Assembly (NCBI GenBank): GCA_029261815.1
Contig: JAJDAQ010000054.1
Span: 155 to 64,154 of the forward strand
Reading direction: 5' to 3'
Length of the DNA: 64,000 nucleotides
Source: Deltaproteobacteria bacterium
GTDB taxonomy: Bacteria > Myxococcota_A > UBA9160 > UBA6930
Below the pieces are notes generated by a model. That model made no database searches. It saw only the letters and a program-made list of their open reading frames with translations, and was not told the DNA's origin. Each line of letters opens with the position of its first letter. Position 1 is the stretch's first letter. Below, one piece after another: positions 1 through 9,239 of the stretch. The translations under genes were made by a program, and so were the position numbers.

Positions 1-979
1 GATGATTGAGGCTCGACATCCGATTCGCGTAGTCGTTGCTGCAAAACCACAGATCGACCAGTTGGAAATGCCAGTAACGGGCGTCCGGGACCTCGGCCTC
101 GATCAGCCAGGCTTCGTCGGCATCCCCCAGCTTGTAGGCATCGTTGCCGTAGCGGATGTCGTCGGCCCCGCCGGCGAAGAGCTTGGCCGGCGCCAGCACG
201 CCATCCTCGCGGCGCTCACGATAGTCGCGCACCCACTCGTTCCACATCCGTGCGGTGACATCGATCCACTCCGCGGCTTCATCGAGTGTTCGTGCGACAC
301 GTCGCGGTGTCAGGAGTTCCGGTGCGACGCCCTCCGAGTCGACGTCCCAGATCTCGAAGCGCGCCGCCTCGTCCTGTTCCCAGTCGACCAGGTACTGGCG
401 GATCAGCACCTGGGTCGCCTCCGGATGAAGCGGAACCCAGTTCCCCTCGTGAGGCTCCACGGACAGCACGATCTCGAAGCTGCCATCGGCAGCGATCGTC
501 ATCTCCTCGGAATCGAGCGTTGCGTAGTTGGCCATGTCGCCAAGCTGCATGTAGCCCTGTTTGATCTCGAGCAGGAACGCGAATGCCGAGTTGCGTTCGC
601 CCCGGATCCGATAGGTCCGGTCGCTTCGGATCTTGGCGAGGTGGTAGAGGTTGTCGGCGTTCTCGGCGCCGTACTTGGCCGTGCTGTCGGGATGCCGCAG
701 GAACCTTGGATACAACGGATCCAGATTGAATGCGTGCCGGATGCCCGCTTGGGTCAGGTTCGCGAGGTAGCGATACCCCTCCGCCCGATCGAGCGGCGTA
801 GAGGGTGCTGTGGGATCGAGCACATGGCGCCCCGCCCGCTTCAGTCGATCGCAGAACTCATCCCACGCGGCGCCCGACATCAGTCGCTCATCGTCAACAG
901 GGTCGTCGTGGGTCGCGCGGCGTTCGAGATCGAACTCCGAGCCGAATCCGCCGACTTCCCGATCATCCGCGCTCATCAT
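1..979 (-). CDS. DUF1214-like protein (3' end runs off the left edge of the window)
   Basis: Absent from the ORF track because its stop lies outside the window. I translated the minus strand by hand from ATGATG at 979-974 (AAGGAGG upstream). There are no TTA/CTA/TCA triplets in phase down to position 2. The product reads MMSADDREVGGFGSEF...RYLANLTQAGIRHAF...YGNDAYKLGDADEAWLIEAEVPDARYWHFQLVDLWF, which resembles DUF1214-type proteins. The + ORF 2..1216 is its antisense shadow. Confidence 0.55.
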   Translation of the reverse strand, partial: MMSADDREVGGFGSEFDLERRATHDDPVDDERLMSGAAWDEFCDRLKRAGRHVLDPTAPSTPLDRAEGYRYLANLTQAGIRHAFNLDPLYPRFLRHPDSTAKYGAENADNLYHLAKIRSDRTYRIRGERNSAFAFLLEIKQGYMQLGDMANYATLDSEEMTIAADGSFEIVLSVEPHEGNWVPLHPEATQVLIRQYLVDWEQDEAARFEIWDVDSEGVAPELLTPRRVARTLDEAAEWIDVTARMWNEWVRDYRERREDGVLAPAKLFAGGADDIRYGNDAYKLGDADEAWLIEAEVPDARYWHFQLVDLWFCSNDYANRMSSLNH

Positions 980-2252
980 GCCCTCCTTCGATCGTCACTT
1001 CAGATGCCACGCCGTAACGCGATTGATAGGCCGAATAGCGCGCGCGTTCGGTTTCGAAATCGAGGCCCAGGTCGTGAAAGGAGTAGAAGTGCTTTCCGAA
1101 CTTCCCTCGCGGCTTGTTCGCGAGGTAGGTGCGCATACGCCCTTCGGCATCCTCGCTGTAGGTCCAGCCGAAGCTCGCATACAGCCCTCGAATCGTTTCG
1201 AACGGGTCGGCCATGAGATCGTGGAAGCGAACGTCGTGGAAACGCTCGGCCGGGTACGCGCCACTGTCGCGAAGCCGCATCATGTTCGTGAGCTGCGGCT
1301 CATAGTACGCGGGGCCAAACGCGAGTTGGATCGGACCGGGATCCACTTCCGAGGCACGCATCCAGACGATGGCCGCGATCAAGCTGACCGTAGAGCCCAT
1401 CACCTGCAGCGGGTCCCGGTGCGTCTGTACGACCCGCGCATCCGGATAGACGTCCATCAACGTATCAAGCCAGTTCATGTGCGCGGGCGCCTTCAGGACC
1501 CAGCGACGCTGGCCCGTCTTCCACTGCAGGATCTGGAGGACCTGCTTGTGGATTTCGTAGGCAGGCCGCATGTCGCGCGTCGCCAGGAAAGCCGCGTAGC
1601 TGGGTACTTGATGAAGAGCGACCAGGTGATCGCCGATGAACGCATTCGCCGTGATGTCTCCGCATTCGGCCTGGATGCGCCCGCCCATCTCGTGCATCGC
1701 CTCGAACGCCGGAACGATCGCGGGCCAGCGGCGCAGCTCGCGGTGCGCCTTCGCGATCCGGGGGTCGGTTTCGTAGCCCGCCGACTCGGGCGGCGGGCAG
1801 GGATAGCGCGCTTCCCAGCTCTCGATACTTCGGAGCGCTGGGTCCTGCGACATCAGCTCGTGCAGAATGGACGTGCCGGAACGCGCGAGGCCCATAATGA
1901 AGAGCGGCTCGCGGACTTCTTGCTCCGCGATCTCCGGATTCCGTTTCAGGACGTCGGCAATTTCCAGACGATTACAGAGCTTCACGAAGACGTCGCGACG
2001 TGCCATCCAGCGGCCGAGCGGTGTCAGATGCGCCTCGTCCTCGAGTGCGGTCAGGAAGACGCGAAGCGGCTCCCAGAAGTCGTCGCTCCCAAAGTCCGAC
2101 AACCCGGTGTGCTTCCGCGCGACGCGGACGAGCGTGTCTTCGTCCAGTCGGATCGCGGACGCGAAGGGACGCAGAAACGCATTCGTCGCACGCGCCCAGA
2201 GCGCGCGCTTCGCCGAGAAGTCCGTCAGTGCAGCGATATCGGCTGTCGACAT
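963..2252 (-). CDS. sulfotransferase family protein
   Basis: Part of ORF 963..2561(-). The start is moved to the internal ATG at 2252 (MSTADIAALTDF), just downstream of the SDR stop. Contains a PAPS-binding-like loop GLARSGTSILHELM and RWVLKAPAHM, typical of bacterial sulfotransferases. Confidence 0.75.
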   Translation of the reverse strand: MSTADIAALTDFSAKRALWARATNAFLRPFASAIRLDEDTLVRVARKHTGLSDFGSDDFWEPLRVFLTALEDEAHLTPLGRWMARRDVFVKLCNRLEIADVLKRNPEIAEQEVREPLFIMGLARSGTSILHELMSQDPALRSIESWEARYPCPPPESAGYETDPRIAKAHRELRRWPAIVPAFEAMHEMGGRIQAECGDITANAFIGDHLVALHQVPSYAAFLATRDMRPAYEIHKQVLQILQWKTGQRRWVLKAPAHMNWLDTLMDVYPDARVVQTHRDPLQVMGSTVSLIAAIVWMRASEVDPGPIQLAFGPAYYEPQLTNMMRLRDSGAYPAERFHDVRFHDLMADPFETIRGLYASFGWTYSEDAEGRMRTYLANKPRGKFGKHFYSFHDLGLDFETERARYSAYQSRYGVASEVTIEGGHDERG

Positions 2253-2260
2253 CGGCTCGC

Positions 2261-3088
2261 CTACGGCATGTACGCGCCACCGCTGACGCTCACGAGTTGT
2301 CCGGTCACGAAGCCGGCGCGATCCGAGGCAAAGAAGAGCGCGAGATCGGCAATGTCTTCGGGGCGACCGACGCGCCGGATCGGTTGGCTCTCGATATTGA
2401 AGAGGGTTCCCGCCTCCGCCTGCTCGGCCATCTGCTCCGGGGTTCCGAAGAACTCGTATCCGTACTTCTTCCAGAAGCTTCCTTCGCCGACATCTTCGGC
2501 CTTCCGCGGAACGATCCAACCCGGTGCAATGCAGTTGACGCGTACGCCGTGCGGGCCCCACTCCTGCGCGAGCCCCTTCGAGAGCGACATCACATAGCCC
2601 TTGGTCCCGCCGTAGTGGGCGACTTGCTCCGCGGCGGGACCGAGGAGTGCCGAGTTCGAGGTGATGTTGACGATCGCGCCCTGCTCTCTCTCGATCATCT
2701 CTCCGCCGACGGCGCGCGTGCAGTTCACGACACCCCAGATGTTGAGATCGAGCTCCCAGTCGAGTTCATCCGCGGGTTTCTCGAGGAAGGGTCGCGGATA
2801 GGCCACACCCCCGGAGTTGTTCACGAGGACATCGATGGGTCCAAAGCGTTTGCGGGTTTCGGCGACCAGCACCTCGACTTGTTCTCGATCGGTGATGTCG
2901 GTCTGGATCACGTCGACGGTTCCGGGTTTCCCGGCACAGGTCGCCGCAACCTCGTCGCCCTTGACCTTGTCGCGCCCCGCGATCACGACCCTGCAACCTT
3001 CGTCCGCGAAGCCCTGCACCAGACCGCGACCGATCCCTCCGCTTCCCCCGGTGATGATGACGGTCTTGTCTGCAAGTCCGAGATCCAT
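2261..3088 (-). CDS. SDR family oxidoreductase
   Basis: ORF 2261..3088(-). Has the TGGSGGIG Rossmann motif, NNSG, and a YxxxK-like YGGTKGYV catalytic segment. Confidence 0.9.
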   Translation of the reverse strand: MDLGLADKTVIITGGSGGIGRGLVQGFADEGCRVVIAGRDKVKGDEVAATCAGKPGTVDVIQTDITDREQVEVLVAETRKRFGPIDVLVNNSGGVAYPRPFLEKPADELDWELDLNIWGVVNCTRAVGGEMIEREQGAIVNITSNSALLGPAAEQVAHYGGTKGYVMSLSKGLAQEWGPHGVRVNCIAPGWIVPRKAEDVGEGSFWKKYGYEFFGTPEQMAEQAEAGTLFNIESQPIRRVGRPEDIADLALFFASDRAGFVTGQLVSVSGGAYMP

Positions 3089-3176
3089 GTCGCCTCCCTC
3101 GCAGGACCGTAACCCGGATTCTGCTGGCCCCGCCGCTGAATCGCCGGGCTACGCTTTCGCCTTGCAGGAGAACCGT

Positions 3177-3389
3177 ATGCACGTCGCAATGGCCTCGATC
3201 TTCCAGAGTTCGGGGCAGCCCCAGAGCGACGGCCGCGTCTACCGGAATGAGGTGACGATGGCCGATCTGGCGGAGCCGCCGGGCTTCGATTCGGTCTTCA
3301 GCAACGCCGGAATGCCCTGTAAAGAAGCGGAGCGAAACCTCCGGCTCTTCGCCGCCGAGACCCTGTCGGTCCTCCAGAACTGGAAATGA
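3177..3389 (+). pseudogene. internally deleted remnant of an LLM-class (luciferase-like) flavin oxidoreductase
   Basis: A 70-aa reading frame preceded by an AGGAG RBS. MHVAMASIFQ...VYRNEVTMADLAEPPGFDSVF resembles an LLM N-terminal segment. It is joined directly to MPCKEAERNLRLFAAETLSVLQ, which resembles an LLM C-terminal tail. The roughly 250-aa barrel core between them is missing. Confidence 0.4.
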
Positions 3390-3901
3390 CCGCTCCAATG
3401 GCCCGTCGGCCGATTCGCGTGCAGTTCATCCACGGCCTCGAATCCAACCCGCAGAGTCGCAAGGCTCGGGTGCTGGACGATTCCTTCGTCGCGCTGACGC
3501 CGGCGATGGATACGCGCGATTTCGAAGCGTGCGTGCAGCTGCAGTCCGAGGTCGCGGCCATGTGGGGCCCCGTCGTGCTCATCGGGTCGTCGTTCGGAGG
3601 CGCCGTTGCCACCGCGATGCTGCAGCGTAGGCTGTGGCAGGGCACCACCCTCCTGCTTGCGTCGGCGAGTGTTCGCAAGGGACTCCCCGAATCGCTTCCA
3701 GGCGGCGTGCGCGTGCGACTTGTTCATGCGACCGCCGACGACATCGTGCCCGTGGACGATGCGCGCCGGATCCTCACCGCATCCCCGCAAGCGCTCGTCG
3801 ACCTCGTGGAAGTCGATGACGATCACGCCCTCACCCATCATGTGCGTGACGGCGCACTGGCCCGATGGGTCCACACGCTTGCGGACGAGGCGCTCGCCTA
3901 A
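3386..3901 (+). CDS. small alpha/beta-fold hydrolase (YqiA-like esterase)
   Basis: ORF 3386..3901(+). Has a GSSFGG nucleophile elbow, C-terminal D...H residues (DDDHAL), and a size of about 170 aa. The ATG overlaps the upstream stop (ATGA). Confidence 0.7.
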   Translation: MTAPMARRPIRVQFIHGLESNPQSRKARVLDDSFVALTPAMDTRDFEACVQLQSEVAAMWGPVVLIGSSFGGAVATAMLQRRLWQGTTLLLASASVRKGLPESLPGGVRVRLVHATADDIVPVDDARRILTASPQALVDLVEVDDDHALTHHVRDGALARWVHTLADEALA

Positions 3902-4998
3902 CTCAGGTCCAGCACCGTCCGAATCCCACGACCGGCGCGCATGTCGTCGAAGCCCTGGTCGATCTCGGCGAGCGGTCGCCGGTGGCTGATCATCGTTTCG
4001 AGCTGGAGCAGGCCCTGCTGCCAGAGGGCCAGGAATCGCGGGATGTCGCGGTGGGCGTGGCAACTCCCGAGCAGCGAACCCCGGAGCACCTTCTCCTGGG
4101 AGAGGAACATCGCGACCACATCGATCGGAAGTGCGTCTGCGCCCATCGACGCACCGACCATCACCGTGGTCCCGCCGATGCGCGAGGCCGCGATGCAGTC
4201 GCGGATCAGCGGGACGTAGCCGGCTCCGTCGAAGGCATAGTCAACGCCGATTCCGTCGGTCAGTTCTCGCGCTCGTGCGGGGACGTCTTCTTCATTCGGG
4301 TCAAGGATGTGCGTGGCGCCGAAGTTTGCGGCGTGATCCCGACGCTCGGCCACCGGATCCGACACGATGATCTTTGTGGCACCAGCGATCCGGGCTCCCT
4401 GGACGATCGAGAGTCCGATGCCACCAAGGCCGGTGACGAGCACGGTGGCCCCTTCCTCGACCTCGGCCGTATTGAGCACGGCGCCGACGCCGGTCTGGAT
4501 CGCGCATCCGATGACGCACGCGGTCTCGAGCGGGATCTCGGGGTCGATCCGCACCGCGGCCAATTCACTCACCATGGCGAATTCGCCGAAGCCACCGACA
4601 CCGAAGCCGCGATAGACCGCCGCGCCATCTCGCGAGAAAGGTGTCGTGCCGTCGGGGAAAGTGCCGCTCATGAACGACTGGGCTTCGATGCACAGGGTCG
4701 GCTGATGGCGCACGCAGTAGTAGCAGTGGCCGCAGGGCGCGAGCGGCGTGAGGACGACGTGATCACCGCGCTGGAGACGGTTCACGTTCGAGCCGACGGC
4801 CTCGACGACGCCGGCGGCTTCGTGCCCGAGGATGATCGGCAGTTTGGCGCTGCCCATTTCGACCGACGTCAGGTCGGAGTGGCAGATCCCGCAGTGCGCG
4901 ACCTTGACCAGCACCTGGTTCGGGCCGGGGTCTTCGACCTGGACATCGGAAACGATCGAAAGCGGTTTCCCGATCTCTTCGAGCAGTGCAGCGCGCAT
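3898..4998 (-). CDS. zinc-dependent alcohol dehydrogenase family protein
   Basis: ORF 3898..5019(-). The start is chosen at ATG 4998 (MRAALLEE), 7 nt after AAGGAG. Has GICHSD zinc-ligand and GLGGIG Rossmann motifs. Confidence 0.9.
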   Translation of the reverse strand: MRAALLEEIGKPLSIVSDVQVEDPGPNQVLVKVAHCGICHSDLTSVEMGSAKLPIILGHEAAGVVEAVGSNVNRLQRGDHVVLTPLAPCGHCYYCVRHQPTLCIEAQSFMSGTFPDGTTPFSRDGAAVYRGFGVGGFGEFAMVSELAAVRIDPEIPLETACVIGCAIQTGVGAVLNTAEVEEGATVLVTGLGGIGLSIVQGARIAGATKIIVSDPVAERRDHAANFGATHILDPNEEDVPARARELTDGIGVDYAFDGAGYVPLIRDCIAASRIGGTTVMVGASMGADALPIDVVAMFLSQEKVLRGSLLGSCHAHRDIPRFLALWQQGLLQLETMISHRRPLAEIDQGFDDMRAGRGIRTVLDLS

Positions 4999-5048
4999 GG
5001 CGGACTCCTTCTTGAACATTGACGAGAGTGGAATGAAGCGGCGGCCGC

Positions 5049-6200
5049 CTAGGCCGTGACGCCGGTCCGGCCCTTCGCGATTTCTTCGTAACTGCGGCGA
5101 TCCACGAAGATGTGGAGGCCGCCGGTAAAGATGTCGCGGAAGCAGCGCTGTACCGCACTCGGGTTGCGAAGGCCCTGGCTTCCGGCCGAACGATAGGCGA
5201 AGAGCGTGCAGTCCTCGGCGACCTCGGTCAGGTAGGCGGTTGACGCCATGACTTCCTGCTGGAGCGCCGGCGTCATCGCATCGCCCTTCGACAGATGCTC
5301 GATCACGCGACCAAATACATCGTGCGAGAGAAGCCGCACGCTTTGCAGCGCCATCTCACGCTTTCCCAACTCGCGTTGAAAGTACTGCTGGTCGCGCAGT
5401 GCAAGCCCGCCCATCCGAGCGCGACCGCCTTCCGCGATTTGTTCGATCTCATCGAGTGCGCGTCGCGCGACACCCAGACCCCACCCCGCGTGTCCCAGGC
5501 CCGCGAGCGGCGCTGGTCCCATGCCGAATAGCGGTCCGCCGGTCTTCACCTCGTAGTGGAAGAGCCCGAACGTCTGGCCCGGTGCGATGACCTGCTCCTT
5601 GATGTGATAGTCGTAGCTGCCGGTACCGCGCAGCCCCATCACGTCCCAGCCACCCTTCATCTCCACGCCGTCCTTGGGGACGAAGAAGCAACGGTAGTTG
5701 GGGAGGCCGTCTTCCATCATTTCGGGGTTGCCGTCGTCGCCGGTCACGAAACCGGCACCGCCGATGTAGCTCGCGTGGCCACTCCCGCTCCCGAACTGGA
5801 AATCGCCGGTTACGCGATAGCCTTCGCCATCTCGCTTCACGGTGCCGAACGGGCTGAACTGTCCAGCCGTCGTCGAGTCCGGGCGACCTTGAACCATCTC
5901 CGCAGCGACGGCGGGGTCCAGGAACGAGACGTAGGAAGTCGCGCTCGCGTTGGCCATCAGCGTCCAGCCGATCGATCCATCGGCGATGGCCATCTCCTCG
6001 AAGACATCGAGCAACGTCGAAGCGTCCGCTTCGATCCCGCCAAATTCCTTGGGAACCATCAGCTGGAAGAGCCCAGCATCGGCCGCAGCTTCGACGACCT
6101 TCGGTGTGAGCGTCAGTTTCTCGTCGACGGCGAGCGCTTCCGCCTCGAAGAGCGGACGCAATGCTCGGGTGGCGGCGACAGGATCAGGTGCGGCGGACAT
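5049..6200 (-). CDS. acyl-CoA dehydrogenase family protein (flavin-dependent)
   Basis: ORF 5049..6227(-). The start is at ATG 6200 (MSAAPD), after GAGGAG. ACAD-like layout: GWDVMGLRGTGSYDY in the middle domain and a C-terminal helical domain. Confidence 0.8.
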   Translation of the reverse strand: MSAAPDPVAATRALRPLFEAEALAVDEKLTLTPKVVEAAADAGLFQLMVPKEFGGIEADASTLLDVFEEMAIADGSIGWTLMANASATSYVSFLDPAVAAEMVQGRPDSTTAGQFSPFGTVKRDGEGYRVTGDFQFGSGSGHASYIGGAGFVTGDDGNPEMMEDGLPNYRCFFVPKDGVEMKGGWDVMGLRGTGSYDYHIKEQVIAPGQTFGLFHYEVKTGGPLFGMGPAPLAGLGHAGWGLGVARRALDEIEQIAEGGRARMGGLALRDQQYFQRELGKREMALQSVRLLSHDVFGRVIEHLSKGDAMTPALQQEVMASTAYLTEVAEDCTLFAYRSAGSQGLRNPSAVQRCFRDIFTGGLHIFVDRRSYEEIAKGRTGVTA

Positions 6201-6245
6201 GGCGGCTCTCCTCGGTGAAGGCCGCATTCTACCAACTGACAGTCG

Positions 6246-7679
6246 TCAGCGGGAGGACGCCCCCGGGGTCCGGCCGGCAACCACGGTGCCGTCGAAGAAC
6301 GCCGGATTCGTGTGCTCGAGCATGTTGGCCACGTTGTCGCAAACGAAGGCGCGGAACTCCGGCTCGCCCAGATGCCCGTCTTCCACCAGCTCCCAGGCTT
6401 CAGGAAGCACCCCACGAATGTCGGGCACGTCCCAGTGACTGATGTCGCTGGCGAAGATCGCCCGCAGCCGGGCTCCGTGTGGCGCCACCTTCGAATCGAA
6501 GGCGAGTGCATTCATGGGGTCGTCGGCTTCGCATCCGAAGAAGAACTGCTTTTCGAAGATGCGTTTGACCTCGGCCGCATCCTCGATGCCGCTTTCGGCA
6601 AACTCGTCACTCGTGGCGCGGTCTTCGCCCGGGTCACTCAACATCACCAGGCCCTGGTCGAGCGCACCCATGCGTTCCCGTACAGCGGCCGGTGCATACT
6701 CCTCGAAATACCTGGCCAGTGCGTCGCGGTCGAGGTTCTCGGGGTCGTAGTGGCCGATCTGGTGACGATTGCGCTTCTCGAAGTGGCCCAGGAAGTCGGC
6801 GTAGAGGTTCAAGCCCCACGCCACGCCGCCTTCGAGAAAGCCGAACGTGAGTTCGGGAAAGCGCATCGGCGCGCCGCCCATCAGCAGTGAACGGCAAGCC
6901 GCCTCTCCGGCCGCGGCAAAGTTCCCGATGTGATTGAAGACATAGTTGGTCCGTGACATCCGCGTGCCCCATCCCTGCCCGCCTGCATGGAACGTGGGCG
7001 TCACACCGAGTTCGACGCAACGCTTCCACACCGGGTCGTAGTCGTACTCGCTGTCGTGGCCGAGGCAATCGATCCACTGGGCTCCGCGCGTACCTTCGGC
7101 GCCGGGAACCGGCCGAGGCACGACGCCGGCCATCATCACGGCCTTGAGTCCCCGCTCGCCGACCGCGTGGTCGAGTTCGGCGATGGCCTCTTCAGGCGTG
7201 AACATCGGAATCGCGGCCACCGGTTCGAGCCGGTCTCGATGGCCGCCCCAGACTTCGGCGTAGTACCGGTTGAAGGCGCGCGCCATCGCGCAGCGCAGCT
7301 CGTCGTCGCCGAGCGCGGTCACCACGAGACCGTACGTCGGGTAGAGCAGCGCATAGTCCACACCGAGTTCGTCGAGCCGCGCGTACATCAGGTCCGGCAA
7401 CATGGCGGTCGCGCGGTCCAGCGTGTTCCGCGTCGGGAGCGCCCACCAGGCCGTCCGACTCGAGCCGAACTCGCGCTTTTTCTCGTACGGAATCTGCCGT
7501 TGAAGTGCCGCGCCCTCGACGACCATGTCGAACCGCTTGGCGAGTTCCTCACCGGCCTCTTCGGCGATGAAGTCCCGGACGGTGGGGGTGAATTCGATCA
7601 GATGGCCGTCACCGTCGATCACGGGGTGATCGAGGCGCTTGCGAATCGCATCAACGGCACGGCTGGCTGTGAAGGGCAT
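6246..7679 (-). CDS. amidohydrolase family protein (metal-dependent TIM-barrel hydrolase)
   Basis: ORF 6246..7922(-). The start is at ATG 7679 (MPFTASRAVD), after AAGGAG. Has a DGDGH metal-binding start and the general pattern of amidohydrolase-2 proteins. Confidence 0.75.
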   Translation of the reverse strand: MPFTASRAVDAIRKRLDHPVIDGDGHLIEFTPTVRDFIAEEAGEELAKRFDMVVEGAALQRQIPYEKKREFGSSRTAWWALPTRNTLDRATAMLPDLMYARLDELGVDYALLYPTYGLVVTALGDDELRCAMARAFNRYYAEVWGGHRDRLEPVAAIPMFTPEEAIAELDHAVGERGLKAVMMAGVVPRPVPGAEGTRGAQWIDCLGHDSEYDYDPVWKRCVELGVTPTFHAGGQGWGTRMSRTNYVFNHIGNFAAAGEAACRSLLMGGAPMRFPELTFGFLEGGVAWGLNLYADFLGHFEKRNRHQIGHYDPENLDRDALARYFEEYAPAAVRERMGALDQGLVMLSDPGEDRATSDEFAESGIEDAAEVKRIFEKQFFFGCEADDPMNALAFDSKVAPHGARLRAIFASDISHWDVPDIRGVLPEAWELVEDGHLGEPEFRAFVCDNVANMLEHTNPAFFDGTVVAGRTPGASSR

Positions 7680-7698
7680 TCGGAACTCCTTGTTCGCG

Positions 7699-8505
7699 AT
7701 GCTACTCCACGCCGCGTGGGCAGAGCTAGGATGCAGCACAGGCCGCACAGTGGGGGATGCCTTGGACTGGACCGGGAACGACTTCACGCGAAACGAACTC
7801 CGCGAGCGCGGCTTCACGCTCGACGTCGGGGGCCGAAGCGTCCCCGGTGTGTTGTGGACGCCGGAAACGCCGACGCCGGGGCGCCCGCTGCTCTTGCTCG
7901 CACATGGCGGAACCCACGACAAGCACGCCGACTACATCCAGATGATCGCGCGAAACGTCGTGCGCAAGCACGGGGGTTGCGCGGTTGCGATCGACGGCCC
8001 CGGCCACGGGGACCGCCTAGCGAATCGTCCCGAATCACCGGAGGAAGCACGCAGGGCATTCGAGGCTGCGTGGACAGACCCGGGCACGACCGACACGATC
8101 GTGGCCGATTGGAGAGCGACCCTCGATGCCGCGCTCGCCGAAACGGCGGCTGGCCCCGTTGGCCTGTTCGGATTCTCCATGGGCACGATGGTCGGCGCGC
8201 CAGTCTGTGCGGCAGAGCCGCGCGTGCGGGCCGCCGTCCTCGGATTGATGGGGTTCTGGGGACCCAACAGCCGACGCCTGCGAGACGACGCCGGCAAGAT
8301 CGACCTCGACCAGCTGCGTTTCTATCTACAGTGGGACGACGAAGTGGTCCCGCGAGAACGAGGGCTGGCTCTGTTCGAAGCCTTTGGAACGAAGCGCAAG
8401 CAGCTCCGTGCACATCCCGGCGCCCATGCGGCGGTGCCTGTCGGCGAGATGCGCCAGATCGCCGACTTCCTCGTGGCCGCGCTCGAGAAAAGCGCTCCGG
8501 GCTGA
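7699..8505 (+). CDS. alpha/beta hydrolase (dienelactone-hydrolase-like)
   Basis: ORF 7639..8505(+). Has a GFSMG nucleophile elbow and a C-terminal HPGAH. The start is uncertain: ATG 7699 or in-frame GTG 7750. Confidence 0.7.
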   Translation: MLLHAAWAELGCSTGRTVGDALDWTGNDFTRNELRERGFTLDVGGRSVPGVLWTPETPTPGRPLLLLAHGGTHDKHADYIQMIARNVVRKHGGCAVAIDGPGHGDRLANRPESPEEARRAFEAAWTDPGTTDTIVADWRATLDAALAETAAGPVGLFGFSMGTMVGAPVCAAEPRVRAAVLGLMGFWGPNSRRLRDDAGKIDLDQLRFYLQWDDEVVPRERGLALFEAFGTKRKQLRAHPGAHAAVPVGEMRQIADFLVAALEKSAPG

Positions 8506-8513
8506 CCGCGCCG

Positions 8514-9170
8514 TCAGCGCGCCGAGAACTGGGGCGTCGGTGCCGGCACAGCCGAAATAACCCCTTCTGCGACAAGCCGTTCCGCGATCTTCCCCATGTT
8601 CTCGTTGAGGTAGGAGACGATCTGCGACTCGGTCGCCGAACGCGGCCCCCAGAGCCCGAGTGGGCCGACGAAGCGGTCGAGTTCCTCCTCGAAGATCCGG
8701 TCCGGATCTTCGCCCTGGACCAGGACCCGATAGAGAGCCGTCGCGCCCGCCGCACGTCGCACCCCGCTGGCGCAGTGCACCAGGGCTTGTCCGCCGGCCT
8801 CGCGGGTCTCGTGGACCGCCTTCAGCGCCGTCACGTAGTCCTCGGGGTCGCCGGTCCCGTTCCCGCGAAGGTTCACATTCACGAAGCGAAGCCCGCGTTG
8901 CTCGATCGCGGCCTTTTCGGCGACATGGTCGGGCCGTTCCGGGTCGAAGCCCACGAGTGAGATGACCGTGTCGATCCCCTTGTCATCGATCACGCCGCCG
9001 ATCAGCCGCGCCGAGATCTGCCCGCTCCGGTAGAGAAAGCCCTCTTCCACGGCAACGAGGCGCTTGGGAAAGACGTCGTAGCGAAACCGGGTCCAGACCA
9101 GCGCGACAGCGGCCATGACGGCGACGGTGAGGCCCAGGAGCAAGATGCGATTCGGCATGCGGGAGAACAT
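8514..9170 (-). CDS. membrane-anchored Cys-based protein phosphatase (tyrosine/dual-specificity phosphatase fold)
   Basis: ORF 8514..9176(-). Has an N-terminal TM helix ILLLGLTVAVMAAVALVW and a CX5R P-loop HCASGVRRAG. The track start is TTG 9176; ATG 9170 is chosen. Confidence 0.7.
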   Translation of the reverse strand: MFSRMPNRILLLGLTVAVMAAVALVWTRFRYDVFPKRLVAVEEGFLYRSGQISARLIGGVIDDKGIDTVISLVGFDPERPDHVAEKAAIEQRGLRFVNVNLRGNGTGDPEDYVTALKAVHETREAGGQALVHCASGVRRAAGATALYRVLVQGEDPDRIFEEELDRFVGPLGLWGPRSATESQIVSYLNENMGKIAERLVAEGVISAVPAPTPQFSAR

Positions 9171-9239
9171 GGCCAATGGCGGCGGGGACGCAATCCGACA
9201 GCCCTACCGCGGCCGCGCCATCCGCGGAACCATGCCTGG

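Noticed and set aside
2-1216. Long + strand ORF (404 aa) at the left edge, plus similar long ORFs such as 810..2597(+), 6987..8960(+), 25050..26357(+), 30177..31706(+), 33672..34877(+), 45719..47086(+), 59364..61280(+) and 61277..62617(-).
   Set aside because: They are Arg/Pro/Gly/Ala-rich with no recognisable motifs. Each lies antisense to, or out of frame with, a gene that has clear family motifs, an RBS and export signals. Such shadow ORFs are expected in high-GC DNA.
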